Shown: in pieces, positions 1-13,946 of the stretch
How positions within the stretch are numbered: position 1 is the stretch's first letter
Layout: each line of letters opens with the position of its first letter
Assembly (NCBI RefSeq): GCF_000142905.1
Contig: NW_013657672.1
Coordinates: 142,244 to 206,243 of the forward strand
Source: Thecamonas trahens ATCC 50062
Taxonomy: Eukaryota; Protista; Apusomonadida
Length of the DNA: 64,000 bases
Reading direction: 5' to 3'
The notes under the pieces: generated by a model
Database searches by the model: none
Seen by the model: the letters and a program-made list of their open reading frames with translations, nothing else
What the model was told of the DNA's origin: nothing
Program-made: the position numbers and the translations under genes

Positions 1-3000
1 GCAGCCGACAATGAGACGATTGTTGTTGATGACCCCTACGAGGCACGCATGGCTACGCTTGCGACCTCTCTTCCGGGATCTGGCCTTGCAGAGCACGTCG
101 CCACGGCGTGGGACCTGTCCATCGGCGAGACAGCCGACGTCAATACGACCGTGGTGCTGTCTGAGGGCACGATGCCACTCACGGTCTCGGTCGACTTTGG
201 TCTTGCCGCTGGTCGCGTCGAGATCGTCCACACCGAGGTTGCTGCGCTCGGGGCTTCGATCTCAGGCTCGGCGCTCAGTCTGGGTGCAGCAGCCTCGGCA
301 ACCACAACCGACACGGCGACATACGCGTTTGGCACCATCACCAATACCGGCGACAACGTCCTTGACGCTGGCGATAGCGTTGTGGTTCTGACCCGCGTCC
401 GTGCTCTTGACGTCCCGGTCAACGTCGACGGCACTGCCATCAGCGCAGCTTCGACTGTTGACTTTGGCTCGTCGTCCCTCACTGCAAGCGAGTCGTTCGA
501 TGTGGTGGCCCCACTCCTCACGTTCGACCTCGCTCAGTCGATCACGACTGGTGACGCTGGCGACAATGTGACCTTCACCGTCACGGTCGACCATGCTGGT
601 GCGTCGACGGCGGCGGCGTATGCGCTCAACGCTACGTCACTGTTCAACATCGAGTACGCCCTGTTCTCGGGCTCGGTCACCACCACCTCTGGTACTGTTG
701 TATCTGGCAACAATGCCGGTGATGCGTCGGTCCATGTCCTCATCCCGACGTTCGATCTGGGGACTGGCCCTATCACCATCACGTACGTCGCGGCGCTGAC
801 AGACTTTGTCTCGCCGCATCAGACGACGTGGCACGCATCTGCGCTCGAGTACGACACCTCGCCTGAGGCTGCTGTTGCACGCACCCTTGCAGCAGCCGAC
901 AATGAGACGATTGTCGTTGATGACCCCTACGAGGCACGCATGGCTACGCTTGCGACCTCCCTTCCGGAATCTGGTACTGCCCAGTACGTTTCAACCAACT
1001 GGGATCTTGCTGTTGGCGAGACGGCGGACATCAACACAACTGTTGTTCTGTCCGAAGGCACTCTGCCCTTAACCGTTGACGTTACGGTAGACATCGGAGC
1101 CCTCGTCGTCGAGACCGAGGTCATGGTGGTCGGATATAGCTTGTCTGGCTCGTCGCTCTCTGCGGGTGACATTGCCACAAGCTTTGGTGCCAGCTCGGCC
1201 ACCTTTGACTTCGGAACCGTGATCAACACGGGTGACAATGTGGTCGACGATGGGGACATCGTTGTAATGCGTATTCGTGTACTCATTGTTGATATAGTGG
1301 CGATCACACCTGGTAGTATGATATCCACTGTGGCAACTGCTAACTACGGCACTGGCCTTCTCGTTGCGCAAGAGACGTTCGATATGGTCCAGCCTGCGCT
1401 GCTTTACAACGTCGCTCAGGCGATCACGACTGGTGACGCTGGCGACAATGTGACCTTCACCATTACGGTCGACCACGCTGGCGCGTCGACGGCGGCGGCG
1501 TATGCGCTCAACGCTACGTCACTGTTCAACATCGAGTACGCCCTGTTCTCGGGCTCGGTCACCACCACCTCTGGTACTGTTGTATCTGGCAACAATGCCG
1601 GTGATGCGTCGGTCCATGTCCTCATCCCGACGTTCGATCTGGGGACTGGCCCTATCACCATCACGTACGTCGCGGCGCTGACAGACTTTGTCTCGCCGCA
1701 TCAGACGACGTGGCACGCATCTGCGCTCGAGTACGACACCTCGCCGGAGGCTGCTGTTGCACGCACCCTTGCAGCAGCCGACAATGAGACGATTGTCGTT
1801 GATGACCCCTACGAGGCGCGTATGGCTACGTTGTCGACATCTCTCACCGAGACAGGACTTTCGCAGCACGACATGACCAACTGGGATCTTGCTGTTGGCG
1901 AGACAGCCGACGTCAACACGACCGTGGTGCTGTCTGAAGGCACAATGCCACTCACAATCTCGGTCGATTTTGGTCTCGCTGCTGGTCGCGTCGAGATCGT
2001 CCACACCGAGGTTGCTGCGCTCGGGGCTTCGATCTCAGGCTCGGCGCTCAGTCTGGGTGCAGCAGCCTCGGCAACCACAACCGACACGGCGACGTACGCG
2101 TTTGGCACCATCACCAATACCGGCGACAACGTCCTTGATGCTGGCGATAGCGTTGTGGTTCTGACCCGCGTCCGTGCTCTTGACGTCCCGGTCAACGTCG
2201 ACGGCACTGCCATCAGCGCAGCCTCGACTGTTGACTTTGGCTCGTCGTCCCTCACTGCAAGCGAGTCGTTCGATGTGGTGGCCCCGCTCCTCACGTTCGA
2301 CCTCGCTCAGTCGATCACGACTGGTGACGCTGGCGACAATGTGACCTTCACCGTCACGGTCGACCATGCTGGTGCGTCGACGGCGGCGGCGTATGCGCTC
2401 AACGCTACGTCACTGTTCAACATCGAGTACGCCCTGTTCTCGGGCTCGATCACCACCACCTCTGGTACTGTTGTATCTGGCAACAATGCCGGTGATGCGT
2501 CGGTCCATGTCCTCATCCCGACGTTCGATCTGGGGACTGGCCCTATCACCATCACGTACGTCGCGGCGCTGACAGACTTTGTCTCGCCGCATCAGACGAC
2601 GTGGCACGCATCTGCGCTCGAGTATGGCACCTCGCCGGAGGCTGCTGTTGCACGCACCCTTGCAGCAGCCGACAATGAGACGATTGTTGTTGATGACCCC
2701 TACGAGGCACGTATGGCTACGCTTGCGACCTCCCTTCCGGAGTCTGGTACTGCAGAGCACGTCGCCACGGCGTGGGACCTGTCCATCGGCGAGACAGCCG
2801 ACGTCAATACGACCGTGGTGCTGTCTGAGGGCACGATGCCACTCACGGTCTCGGTCGACTTTGGTCTCGCTGCTGGTCGCGTCGAGATCGTCCACACCGA
2901 GGTTGCTGCGCTCGGGGCTTCGATCTCAGGCTCAGTGCTCAGTCTGGGTGCAGCAGCCTCGGCAACCACAACCGACACGGCGACGTACGCTTTTGGCACC

Positions 3001-4150
3001 ATCACCAATACCGGCGACAACGTCCTTGGCGCCGGTGACGTTGTAGTGGTTCTGACCCGCGTCCGTGCTCTTGACGTCCCGGTCAACGTCGACGCCACCG
3101 TCATCAGCGCAGCCTCGACTGTTGACTTTGGCTCGTCGTCCCTCACTGCAAGCGAGTCGTTCGATGTGGTGGCCCCACTCCTCACGTTCGACCTCGCTCA
3201 GTCGATCACGACTGGTGACGCTGGCGACAATGTGACCTTCACCGTCACGGTCGACCATGCTGGTGCGTCGACGGCGGCGGCGTATGCGCTCAACGCTACG
3301 TCACTGTTCAACATCGAGTACGCCCTGTTCTCGGGCTCGGTCACCACCACCTCTGGTACTGTTGTATCTGGCAACAATGCCGGTGATGCGTCGGTCCATG
3401 TCCTCATCCCGACGTTCGATCTGGGGACTGGCCCTATCACCATCACGTACGTCGCGGCGCTGACAGACTTTGTCTCGCCGCATCAGACGACGTGGCACGC
3501 ATCTGCGCTCGAGTATGGCACCTCGCCGGAGGCTGCTGTTGCACGCACCCTTGCAGCAGCCGACAATGAGACGATTGTTGTTGATGACCCCTACGAGGCA
3601 CGTATGGCTACGCTTGCGACCTCTCTTCCGGGATCTGGCCTTGCAGAGCACGTCGCCACGGCGTGGGACCTGTCCATCGGAGACGGCGGACATCAACACA
3701 ACTGTTGTTCTGTCCGAAGGCACTCTGCCCTTAACCGTTGACGTTACGGTAGACATGCCGCTGGTCGCGTCGAGATCGTCCACACCGAGGTTACTGCGCT
3801 CGGGGCTTCGATCTCAGGCTCAGTGCTCAGTCTGGGTGCAGCAGCCTCGGCAACCACAACCGACACGGCGACGTACGCGTTTGGCACCATCACCAATACC
3901 GGCGACAACGTCCTTGACGCCGGTGACGTTGTAGTGGTTCTGACCCGCGTCCGTGCTCTTGACGTCCCGGTCAACATCGACGACACTGCCATCAGCGCAG
4001 CCTCGACTGTTGACTTTGGCTCAGGCACGCTTGTTGCAAGCGAGTCGTTCGATGTGGTGGCCCCACTCCTCACGTTCGACCTCGCTCAGTCGATCACGAC
4101 TGGTGACGCTGGCGACAATGTAACCTTCACCATCTCAGTCGACCATGCAG
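1..4150 (+). repeat. Intragenic tandem repeat of ~882-891 bp (294-297 aa), at least 4.5 copies
   Basis: MATL(A/S)TSL units start at ~49, 940, 1822, 2713 and 3604; the second half of each unit is nearly identical at nucleotide level. Confidence 0.95.
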
Positions 4151-7100
4151 AGATTTCCACTGCCGCCTCCTACCTTGTCAACATTTCTGTTGCGCTTCCG
4201 CCCACACAACTGGTTCTTGATCCTCTTTCGGTTGTTGCCTCGACTGGTCTCGTCTCCCTCACGCCGACCTCTCTCCTGGTTTCCATCCCCAGTTTCGCGC
4301 TGACCTTTGGTCGCCACACCATTGTCTACACAGCAGTCATTTCTGACGCCGCGACTCCGCTGCAGAACATCACCCATGTCGCCGTCCTCGACTACGCCTC
4401 ATCAGCGCGTGGCGACCGGCGCTATACCGTCTCCGACGCCGTCTCCGTGAGCGTGGATCCTCTCGCTGCAAATGCTACCTTGGCAGTTGCTGCAACATCG
4501 GTTGCTGATGTTCGCGAACCGGTCCGGCTTGTGGGGGAGCGTGTCTTCTTCAACCTTACCGCCACGCTGCCGGAAGGCTCGATGTCATTCGCACTCGTCC
4601 TGAGCGCGTCGGACGCCGCGCCATTGATCTTTGTCGCTGCCTCGGTCTCACGCGTCGGCCACTCGTTGGCACCCACGTCTCTCCTTGCCAGTGGCGATCT
4701 TCCCACCGCGGCTTCTGACCACGATCTCCTCTTCGACTTTGGGGTAGTTACCAACATCGGCGACAACGTTGTCAACGATGATGATCGTGTCGTACTCGCC
4801 ATCGAAGCCTACGTTCCCGACAACATTGCCGCTGCAAACTCTGGTGCAGGCTGGCTCAACGCAACTGCTCACTTTGGGTCTGTTGTGCGCTCGCTGCAGA
4901 ACGACTTTGTTGTTGCTGACTCGCCTGCTGTCGACCTTCATGTAGCAACCAACGTGACCGCAGGTGCCGATGGTAACGATGCGGTTGCGTTTACTGTCAC
5001 TGTAGACAACAACCATCCACTCGCTTCGGCGCCGCTTTTCGGCTTCAATCTCTCCATTCCTATGGACGATGGCCTGTTTGAGTACGTGCCAGGCACGTTC
5101 GCCTCATCGCTGGCTGATGTGGCCCTCGTTGCGCCAAGCCTGCCGAGTGTTCTTGTCTTTGCCACATCGCACGACACCGCTCTTGCCTACGGCTCCTCTC
5201 TCAACATCTCGTTTGTTCTTCGCCTCACTTCTTCGGTCACACCTCTTGCAAACATCAGCCGCGAGCTCCGTGCTCTCTGGACATCGGTCCCGCGCCTAGA
5301 TCACCCTGCGCACCGCACCCACTCTGCCACGGTCGTCTCGCCTATTGTCCCCGTTGCGGCGCATGGTCTCGCCTTCAACCTCTCGTCGTCATCCTTTGCC
5401 GAGACATGGCCTGACTCGACGCTTGCTATTGGCGAGAACTTTGTCCTGACGGCTACCTTTGATCTGGCCGAGTCGACCACTAACCTCACCTTTGTTGTTC
5501 ATGCTCCTTCCGGTGTGGCACTTCTCGGGGCCGCTGTTCGCTCCATCGGCTCGGGCGTCTTTTCGCCCGTCCTTGTTCCAGGTTCGTCGCCGTCACAGCT
5601 CTCCGACTCGACTGCTGCCTTTGTCTTTGGCCACCTCGTCGTTGCCGGCGATACCGCCGCGACGTCTATCGTAATCGATATTTTCGCTGCCGTCAATGCT
5701 GACTCAGCTGTCTTGCTGCCGGGCGCCACGGTCGTGGGCGAGATCCTTTCCGAGCAGCACGTTGCTGTCGCCCTCGATCTGACATTTGTTCAACCTCTGC
5801 TTGAGCTCTCGCCTCTGGCCTGCTCGCCTGCTGTCTATGATGCTGGTGATGTCATCACCTGCTCAGTCGACATTGCCCATGCCCTGGGCTCATCCGCACC
5901 CGCAACCAACATCACCCTCTACTCGCCCAGCATCGACACCCTTGACTTTTCACCGCATGGCGCCACTGCTCTTGATCTTGCTCTTGATCTTCCGCTCACT
6001 CTCGTCGAGGCTGTCCGCACTGTCGTCTTCTCTGCCACCGCCACCATGGCCACCTCACCCGGCCTCAACGTCTCCATTCCACTGGCGGCCAACTACTCGT
6101 CGGTGCCACTGCCCGCGCCCGCTGCCCGTATCGCAGTCGCTGATGCACCGGCCCACGTCCGCACCTTCTCGCTGGCGCCGCAACCAACGTGAGCATGCAC
6201 GTCGTCGCCACCTCGATTCCACATTATGGCCTTGTTGCCCCTGGTGAGGTTGTCACCCTCCGTCTCGCCTTCAATGCGATCGAGGGCACCACCAACGCAA
6301 CCGGGTTGCTTGACCTATCGCTGACGGATGCCGTGTGGCGCTCAGCGTTGCCCTTTGCCGCCTCGTCGGCCGTGGCCCATGCTCCATACGCCACTGTAGG
6401 CATCGCTTCGTCGGCCCTGAGCCTCGGCTCGATTATCAGCAACACTGCGGACAACTTTGTCTCGTTTGCCTCAGACGGTGCGGGATGGGACCTCGCATTC
6501 CAACTAGTCGACGCGCCGGCGCTTGCTAACGGCACGCTCCTCACTCTGTCTGGTGCGCTCTCTGATGACGCTGGCCTAGTGGCACCGTCACCGGTTGCCC
6601 TCTCATGGACTGTTGCCCGAGCCACCATCGCTTCCTCGCTCGCAGCTAACGCTACGGTGATCGATGCCGGTGACGTCATCACCTACACCCTCAGCATCGC
6701 GCACCTTGCAGGCTCGATCACTCCTGCCTACATAGCGTTTGCCGACCAAGCCCCGCAGCACACCAAGCTGCTTGACGGCTCCCTCGCAGCTGGCTGGACT
6801 GGCGGCCCGCCCGGATCCGTCGTGTTTGGACCCGCTTTGGCCTGGTCTGCCACCCTACCGCCGGGCTCGGTCCTTACCATCTCGTACTCGGTCATCGCTC
6901 TCTCATCGCTCCCGCCGCACACTACCGTCACCAACTCGGATGTGCTCACTTGGGCCTCAGCCCCGTTGTCGGTGCCACTTGCTGTGCGTGGGGAAGAGGC
7001 CCTCGTCTCCAACTCGGTCGCCGTTGAATCTTCTGTCCCGGGCCTCCCATTGGTGACTCCCACTGCCTCAGCATCGCCTCTTTCCGCGCTGGACACTCAG

Positions 7101-10100
7101 CTGGCTGTTGGCGAGTTGGTCAACGTCTCTGTTGCGGTCACACTTCCAGAAGGCTCGCACAACCTCTCCATCGCCATCAACACCACCGACTCGATTCTCA
7201 CCATCGAGTCGCTTTCTCTGTTCTCCGTCGGGTCCTCGCTCTTGCTGCCGTCGCCGCTCTCTGCTGGCTGGCACATCTCCTTGCCGCCGAGCACCTTTGC
7301 CAAGTCGCTTGACCTGTCTACCACCATCAACGAGCCCGACAATGTCGCTAGTTCTGGTGACGTAGTCGAGCTCATTTTGGGACTGCGTCCGACAGGGCCG
7401 CTTGCTGTTGCTCACCTACCTGTTGCGCTTGGTGTGCGGCTTATCTATCCGCAGTTGGCTCATCCCGTTGTTGAACACACGTGGATGCTCGTGGAGCCGT
7501 CGCTTACGGTCAACATTACCCGTGACGTTGCTGTTGTCGATCACGGCTCGCGGCTAGTTGCCCGTGTTTGTGGCGGGCAGACGGCCTCGGCCTCGACTCC
7601 AGCGCCGAATTTCATTGTGCATCTTGGCCACGGGCCTGAATTAGCCTTTGTGAGCATCATGCCGATGTCGGCAGCCGCTGCCGCCACTCTCGCGACGACT
7701 CGAAGCACTACTGGTAGCTTGCATCTCCAGTTGGGCCATGTCGACGTCGGTGTACAACTCTGCTTTGACGTCGCCTTTGACGTCACCGCCGCCGTCGTTG
7801 ATGTGACTAACGTCACTATCGTCGCCAACGTGTCATGTCTCTCGCTGCCTCTGCCGCACCCGACTGCCCGGACCTATCAGGCTCCCACGGTCTCCGCCAC
7901 TGCAGTGGCGCCGCGGCCGTGGGCCTTTGATATCCAGCTCATCTCCGAGCTGCCGGACACTACCGACACAGCATCGCCTGGTGGTTTGTACACCATGGCG
8001 CTCGGCGAGCGCGGCGTACTTCGCATCACCGTTGGCCTGAAGGACGTCGCTGCACCAATTGTTGTCAACGGTAGCATCGGTGCGACACTCCCGATTGTGG
8101 CCACTTCGGTTGCCCGCGTCGGGTCCGAGATCGCAGCGCCTGGCCTCGCCTCTCTGCCAAGCCCTAGTCTCGCCAATGGTACGTGGGTGTGGCACGTTGA
8201 CCTGGGTACGGCGCGTGGTGGCCGCTCCTCGGCCTCCTTCTCGCCATCCTCGTCACTCGATCTTGACCTCGAGTTTGTCATGCCAATCGATCTTCCATCG
8301 CGCTGCCTGCCTTTCAACATATCCCTCTCGTTTGGAGTCGCTTCGGGTGCAACGCTCGATTTGGGTGTGGTCATCTGCGCTGCCGCGCCAGAGGTCGCGC
8401 TAGCGGTTGTTTCGGTGGAACCATCCCTGCTGAGTCGGGCCCGGTCGCTTGCCGAGGCACCTTTCCGTGTCGATGGCGCCGACAACGTGGCGTGGGACAT
8501 TGTCCTCTCCACCTCGCTAGGCCCGGCGTATGGCCAGCTGGTAGTCACCGTCCCAGCCGACCTTGACTCGATCACCTTTGCCTCGGACACCCCTGCTGTG
8601 CTCTCTGCCACTGGCCTGGTCCCGGCAACCGAACGAGCGCAAACTTGGAGCGTAGCCACCAACGCGTCGCTCAGCTCGGGACAGGAGGTGCGCCTTCGTG
8701 TGAGTGCCGTTGTTGCGCCGACCGTCGCCCACCTGAAGCTTCTTGTGGTCAACGCCACCTTTGAGCAACGGTCACTGCCGCTCGGATCGGAGCAGCCCGC
8801 GGTCGGTGCAAACGTAGCATTGCTCGAGGCAAGAGCCGCCATCCGGGTAGCTGCTGCACTGCAGCTCGACCTATCTCTAGTGGCGACATCTGATCCACGC
8901 TCCACGAGCGCGCTGCTCAACGCCTCGATTCCCGATCTGGTGGTTGGCGAGAGCTTCGTGGCTCGCGTGCGGATCGTGACCATGGAGGGCTCCAACGGGT
9001 TTGAGCTCGTTCTCTCGCAGCTCTTCGCCCCGTCGCCTTTCCCGGGTGCCACCCTTGGCCTCCACAACGTCACCATGATTTCTGTGGGAGCATCGCACAT
9101 CGGCGCTGCGCTCGATTCGTTTGTCGCTACCACGCGTGCAGACGCTTCCAGCATCGTTGTCGTGTACGCGCCATCGGGCGAACCCGCGCCTCTAGTTAAC
9201 GTTGCCGACAACGTCATCGACGCTGGTGACATCATTGAGCTCGAGGTCTCGGGTAGAATGAGCCTGCCGCCTGACGAAAGGTCAGAAGTCGCGCCAGGAG
9301 TGACTATGCTCCTCGCCGAGATGTCCGGTCACAATCTGACGGCGCAGCTGCAGTTTGACGTTCTGGCCGAGTCTGCAGTTCGCGCCACGCCGGTTGCCCG
9401 CACACCGCGGTCATACTGGTTCATTCTTGTTGCGGCAGTTGTCCTCTTTCTCACGCTCTGCTGCCTCTGCTGTCTCTGGATGGTGTGCCTCGACTCTGAG
9501 GATCGTGATAGCAAGGTGCTCGTGGTGGAGCCGGGCTCGGGCACGGCTGTGCCAGGCATGATTGTGCAATCGCCGTCGCACGTAGAAGGACCGGCCATGG
9601 CAACGTATGTCACACCGCCAATGGCAAGGACAGCATCGACCGAGTGGCAGCCCGACGGCAGCCCCGGCGCCCCCGACCGCTTCCATGCCAAGAGGCCGAC
9701 GCCACTGCGGGTGGCCAAGCTGCATGTGGCAGCGCCCGATGTCCAGCAGGCCAGCATGCTCCCGGGCGGCATCCCTCTGCCATCGCCAGCCGAAAGCATT
9801 AGCTCCTCCGGTCGGGTGTCGCCGTGCCTCATGCCGCTTCGTACGCCGGACGGGACGACCAAGGCCTTTGATCCGCTGGCAGGCGGGCTGACGGCTCTGC
9901 CGGCATTCCCGGCTTCGATGCGGGCAGCTGCGTCGCTCTCGACGTCGTCGTCATCGCTGTCAGACCAGTCTGACTTTGAGTCTGCGTCGTCGATGCCATC
10001 GGGCGGGACGAGTCGCTCTGCTGCCGCCGGCTGGTCGCAGACGTCGCGACAAGCAAGCGCGACGTCATCAGAGCTGTCGTTCCGTAGCCGACTGGAGCGG

Positions 10101-10616
10101 GTCGACGAGCTCATTGACACTGCGTCGACGTCGACGTATGATGGCGACATCGGACTGGACGTTCAGAGCTTGACGTCGGCGACTCCGGCAGCAGTGGCCG
10201 CCCTTCGCGGCAGGGCTGGACTGGCTGGCATCAGCACGTCGTCGGTAGCGTCGGTGTCATCGGTTGGGTCCCGTGGGCTTCGACGATCGTCGCTCTCGGT
10301 TCGCAAGTTTGAAGTTGCCGCATCATCGCGGTCATCTGGCATGACCGGCTCGACCTCGAGCTCGTCAACGTCGGGCCTCTCGACCGGCTCACTGTCGGGG
10401 AGCGAACCAGCCTCGCCGCGGCCCGCCAGTGCTATTCAGGCACGGGCTCTGGCGGCACTGGCCGGCCCGTCGCCGGCGTCGCGCGGCGAGCTGAGTCTAG
10501 GCATCAGCGGGCCGCGACGACGGCCAGTGAGTACACCAGCGTTCCCGTCAAGCGTGGGCCGTCGAGACGATCCGCTGTCGGCGCTTGTGAGCAGCCCTGT
10601 GGCAGAAAAGGAGTAA
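1..10616 (+). CDS. Giant repetitive type I membrane/surface protein (>3,500 aa, 5'-partial) with DUF11/pilin-like beta-sandwich repeats; split over three ORFs by frame breaks at ~3680-3757 and ~6190
   Basis: Frame is open from base 1. ORFs 49-3741, 3823-6192 and 6189-10616 share motifs (xGExV...LxEG, FGxxxNxGDNxxDxGD, DAGDxVTFTVTVxH). One TM segment (YWFILVAAVVLFLTLCCLCCLWMVCL, ~9413-9490) is followed by a Ser/Pro-rich tail. Confidence 0.8.
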
Positions 10617-10656
10617 ACTACTGCTGTCCAGTACGCCTTTTACTTTAGCAGAGCGA

Positions 10657-13600
10657 TCACGATGGAAGCAGCGCCTCGCGCGGCGGCCAAGCCGAGTTGA
10701 GCATGCGATGCTGCTTGGCGTCGACCCAGAGCTTCATGGCGACGAGGAGGAAGGAGCGATCGGCACGAAAGGCGGCGTCGAGCTTGGCCTTGGACGAGAC
10801 CCTGGCCTTGATAAGCGGCTGCAGAACAACGTTGATCTTGGCGTGCATCCACGGCTTGGTCACAAACGACGGGTCTGCGGTAAAGTGTGGCGCAAGCTTG
10901 GCCATGGTCTTGGGATACATGGTGCCGTCAAGCATGGCGAGGGCAATGTAGCGGTAGAGGTCGGGATTGTCGGGATGGGCGGCGACGACAAGAGGGAGAG
11001 GCCACGAGTGCGGGCCGAACGAGCCGCGGCGGTAGGCCATGACGGCGTCGGCGCTAGCATCGTAGAACGGGGCCGGCTGCTCGAGCGGAGAGCCGAGGGT
11101 GACGAGCGGCCGGGCGAGGAGGACGAGCCATTGCGGATCGAGGACCGTGACGCCGCGCATAAAGGTGCGCGAGGTAGTAAAAATCTCTTGGAAAGTGATC
11201 CACTCGGGCAACTTGTCGATGAGCGCCGCGTTCTTGGCCGCCTGGGAGCCGCGACCCTTAGCAGCCTTGGACTGACGGGCGCGGAGCTGCGGCGAGAGGA
11301 GCGACGAGGGATGGAGGTAGGCCACAATCTGCTCGCCCGAGTCCGGGAGCGAGACCAGATACCCGCCACGAGCGTACGACGGATGTCCAGGACAGCGGTA
11401 GGCCACGTTGTCGAGAAGGCCTGCGGTGACAGCCTGGGCGAGGGCACGGAGAGTGGCACGCGACGGCGGCGGCACTTCGGCCAGCGAGGCGGCGAGTTCG
11501 AAAGCGGCGCCCGAGCCAAGCGCAGCGCGTGGTCCGCGCGGCGCAGACGCATCGACCGGCGCCTCGGGCGCCATCATGGCGTTGGCAATCGAGGTCAGCT
11601 GGCGCCGGAGGGCGGCCACCTCTTTCATGGCCTTGTACATGAGCCCATACTTGTCGCAGAACTCGGGCGTGCAGCCAGAAAACTCAAAGCCACCGACGGC
11701 CTTGAGCAGGGCAAAGAGATCAGAGTCGACGTCAAAGAACGCAAGCTGGGCAGCGAGCGACGGGGTACCAACCGCCGACTTGTTACCCGACTCGCCGGCA
11801 GCCGCAGCCAAAGTCTTCAGCTCGATCTCTTTGGTAGCGGCCGCCGATGGCGCGGCTTCATCGTTTCCGTCGTCCGAGTCCGAGTCGACCTTGGCGTCCG
11901 CATCGGCGTTGACGTCCGAGTCTGTGGCGCGCTTGAACGGCGAGTTGACCGAGATGGCGGCGACGAGGGCGATGGCGTGCGGAAGGAGCTCGGGTGTCCA
12001 GGCCATAGTGAGCATCTTGGCGTAGCGCGGCGCGACTGGGAACGAGACAAGAGTGCGGCCGAGCGGAGTGATGCGCTCGTTGTCCGGGTGGAGGGCGCCA
12101 AGACGGACGAGGTGGGCAATGGCGGCGGCAACGGCATTGGCTGACGGCGGCGAGGGGAAGGGAAAGTTGATGACCTTGTCGATGCGCATGGCCTTCATCT
12201 GCAGGACCATGCCGTCGATGGGCATGCGGGTAATTTCAGGCGACGAGAACTGCGAAAAGTGGTTGTTGAAGACCGCGGACGAGTAGAGCCGGTAGCAGTG
12301 GCCCGGACCCGTGCGGCCGGCGCGCCCGGCGCGCTGGTCGGCGTTGGCCTTGGAAATCCAGTCGATCTCAAAGGTCGAGAGGCCCGACGATTGGTAGTAG
12401 ACCCGCTGCTTGGCGAGCCCGCAGTCGACCACGTACTTGACCGACGGAATAGTGAGTGAGGTCTCGGCTACGTTGGTTGAGACCACAATGAGCCGGGTGC
12501 CCTCGGGCACCGGCTCAAAGACCTTCATCTGCGCAGACGTCGGCATGCGCGAGTAGAGGCCGAGGACCCGGGCCGGGCCGGTCTCAGCCCGGATCTTGAT
12601 GGCCGAACGGAGCTCGGCGACGAGCCGCTTAATGTCGGCCTCACCGGTGAGAAAGACAAGGATGGCGCCCGACGGAAGCGAGTCGTGAATCTTGAGCACC
12701 TTGGTCTTGGCCGCGCCGACGTGGTCGGCAAGCGGTGTCCGCTTGTTAAAGTGGATGGTGACTGGAAACTGCCGGGCCTGGACGTTGACCACTGGCGGCG
12801 GAACCGGGAACAGCAGCTGGTTCTCGGTAAAGTCGGTGACCCGGAGTGTGGCCGACATGATGATGAGCTTGAGCGGAAAGGCCGGAAGCTTGAGCTTGGG
12901 GTACTTTTCAGGCGCGGCCCGGATGCGTACAATGCGCGAGAGCAGGCCGATGAGAATGTCGGTGTTGAGCCCCCGCTCGTGCGCCTCGTCGAGTACAATG
13001 GCCGAGTACTTGGCGAGCGCAAAGTCGGCTTGGATCTCGCGGAGGAGGACACCGTCGGTCATAAACTTGATGGCCGTCGTCGGCGTTGCGTTCGCCTCGT
13101 ACCGGACCTGGAACCCAACACCCGCACCGAACGGGACGTTGAGCTCGTCGGCGACACGTTTGGCCATCGCCATGGCCGCCACACGCCGCGGCTCGGTGAC
13201 CCCAATGATGCCCGGCTTGTCGCTGCCTGGATCGCCGTAGCCAGCCTCGTAGAGGAACTGCGGGACCTGGGTCGTCTTGCCAGACCCGGTCTCACCGCAT
13301 ACGATGATAGTCGGGGAAGCCGTCACTGCCTCCATGATGGTGTGCTCTTCTGCGACAACTGGCAGCTTGGACCGGACCTCCTGGATCTCGGGCCGGCGCG
13401 AGACACGGCGGACGTACGTGGTCTGCGCCGGCATCGCCGGGCCCTCGGGCATCCCGCACGCCTCCAGTGTGCTCTCGAGCGTCGGTGCGCTCGATAGCTT
13501 GTAGCCGACAGGGAGCTTCGACGTCGGTGCGGCATCGGAACCAGTCCCAGAGCCAGTCCCGGAGCCAGACGCTTCATCCATGTCGACCACCCCCGATGCC

Positions 13601-13890
13601 TCCTCGCTGGCGGACGCCTCATCGGCAGACGCCTCGCCGGCAGACGCCTCTCCCACCGACTCGCCATCGCCCGAGCTCGACTCGGACGACTGGGCGACGT
13701 CGACCTGGGTCACGCCCGTCGACCACGAAAAGCTAAACCCGGCCTTGTTGACACCCTTGACAGACGAGATCTTGCGCGGCTGCGAAGGCTTCTTGGTTGC
13801 TGCTCCGGCAGCCATGCCGGTCACGCTGGCGTCTTCGGCAAAGGCCGGCGCAGCCTCAAAGGCCGAGACTGGCGCCGGCTTGGGCTCATT

Positions 13891-13946
<56 letters not shown>

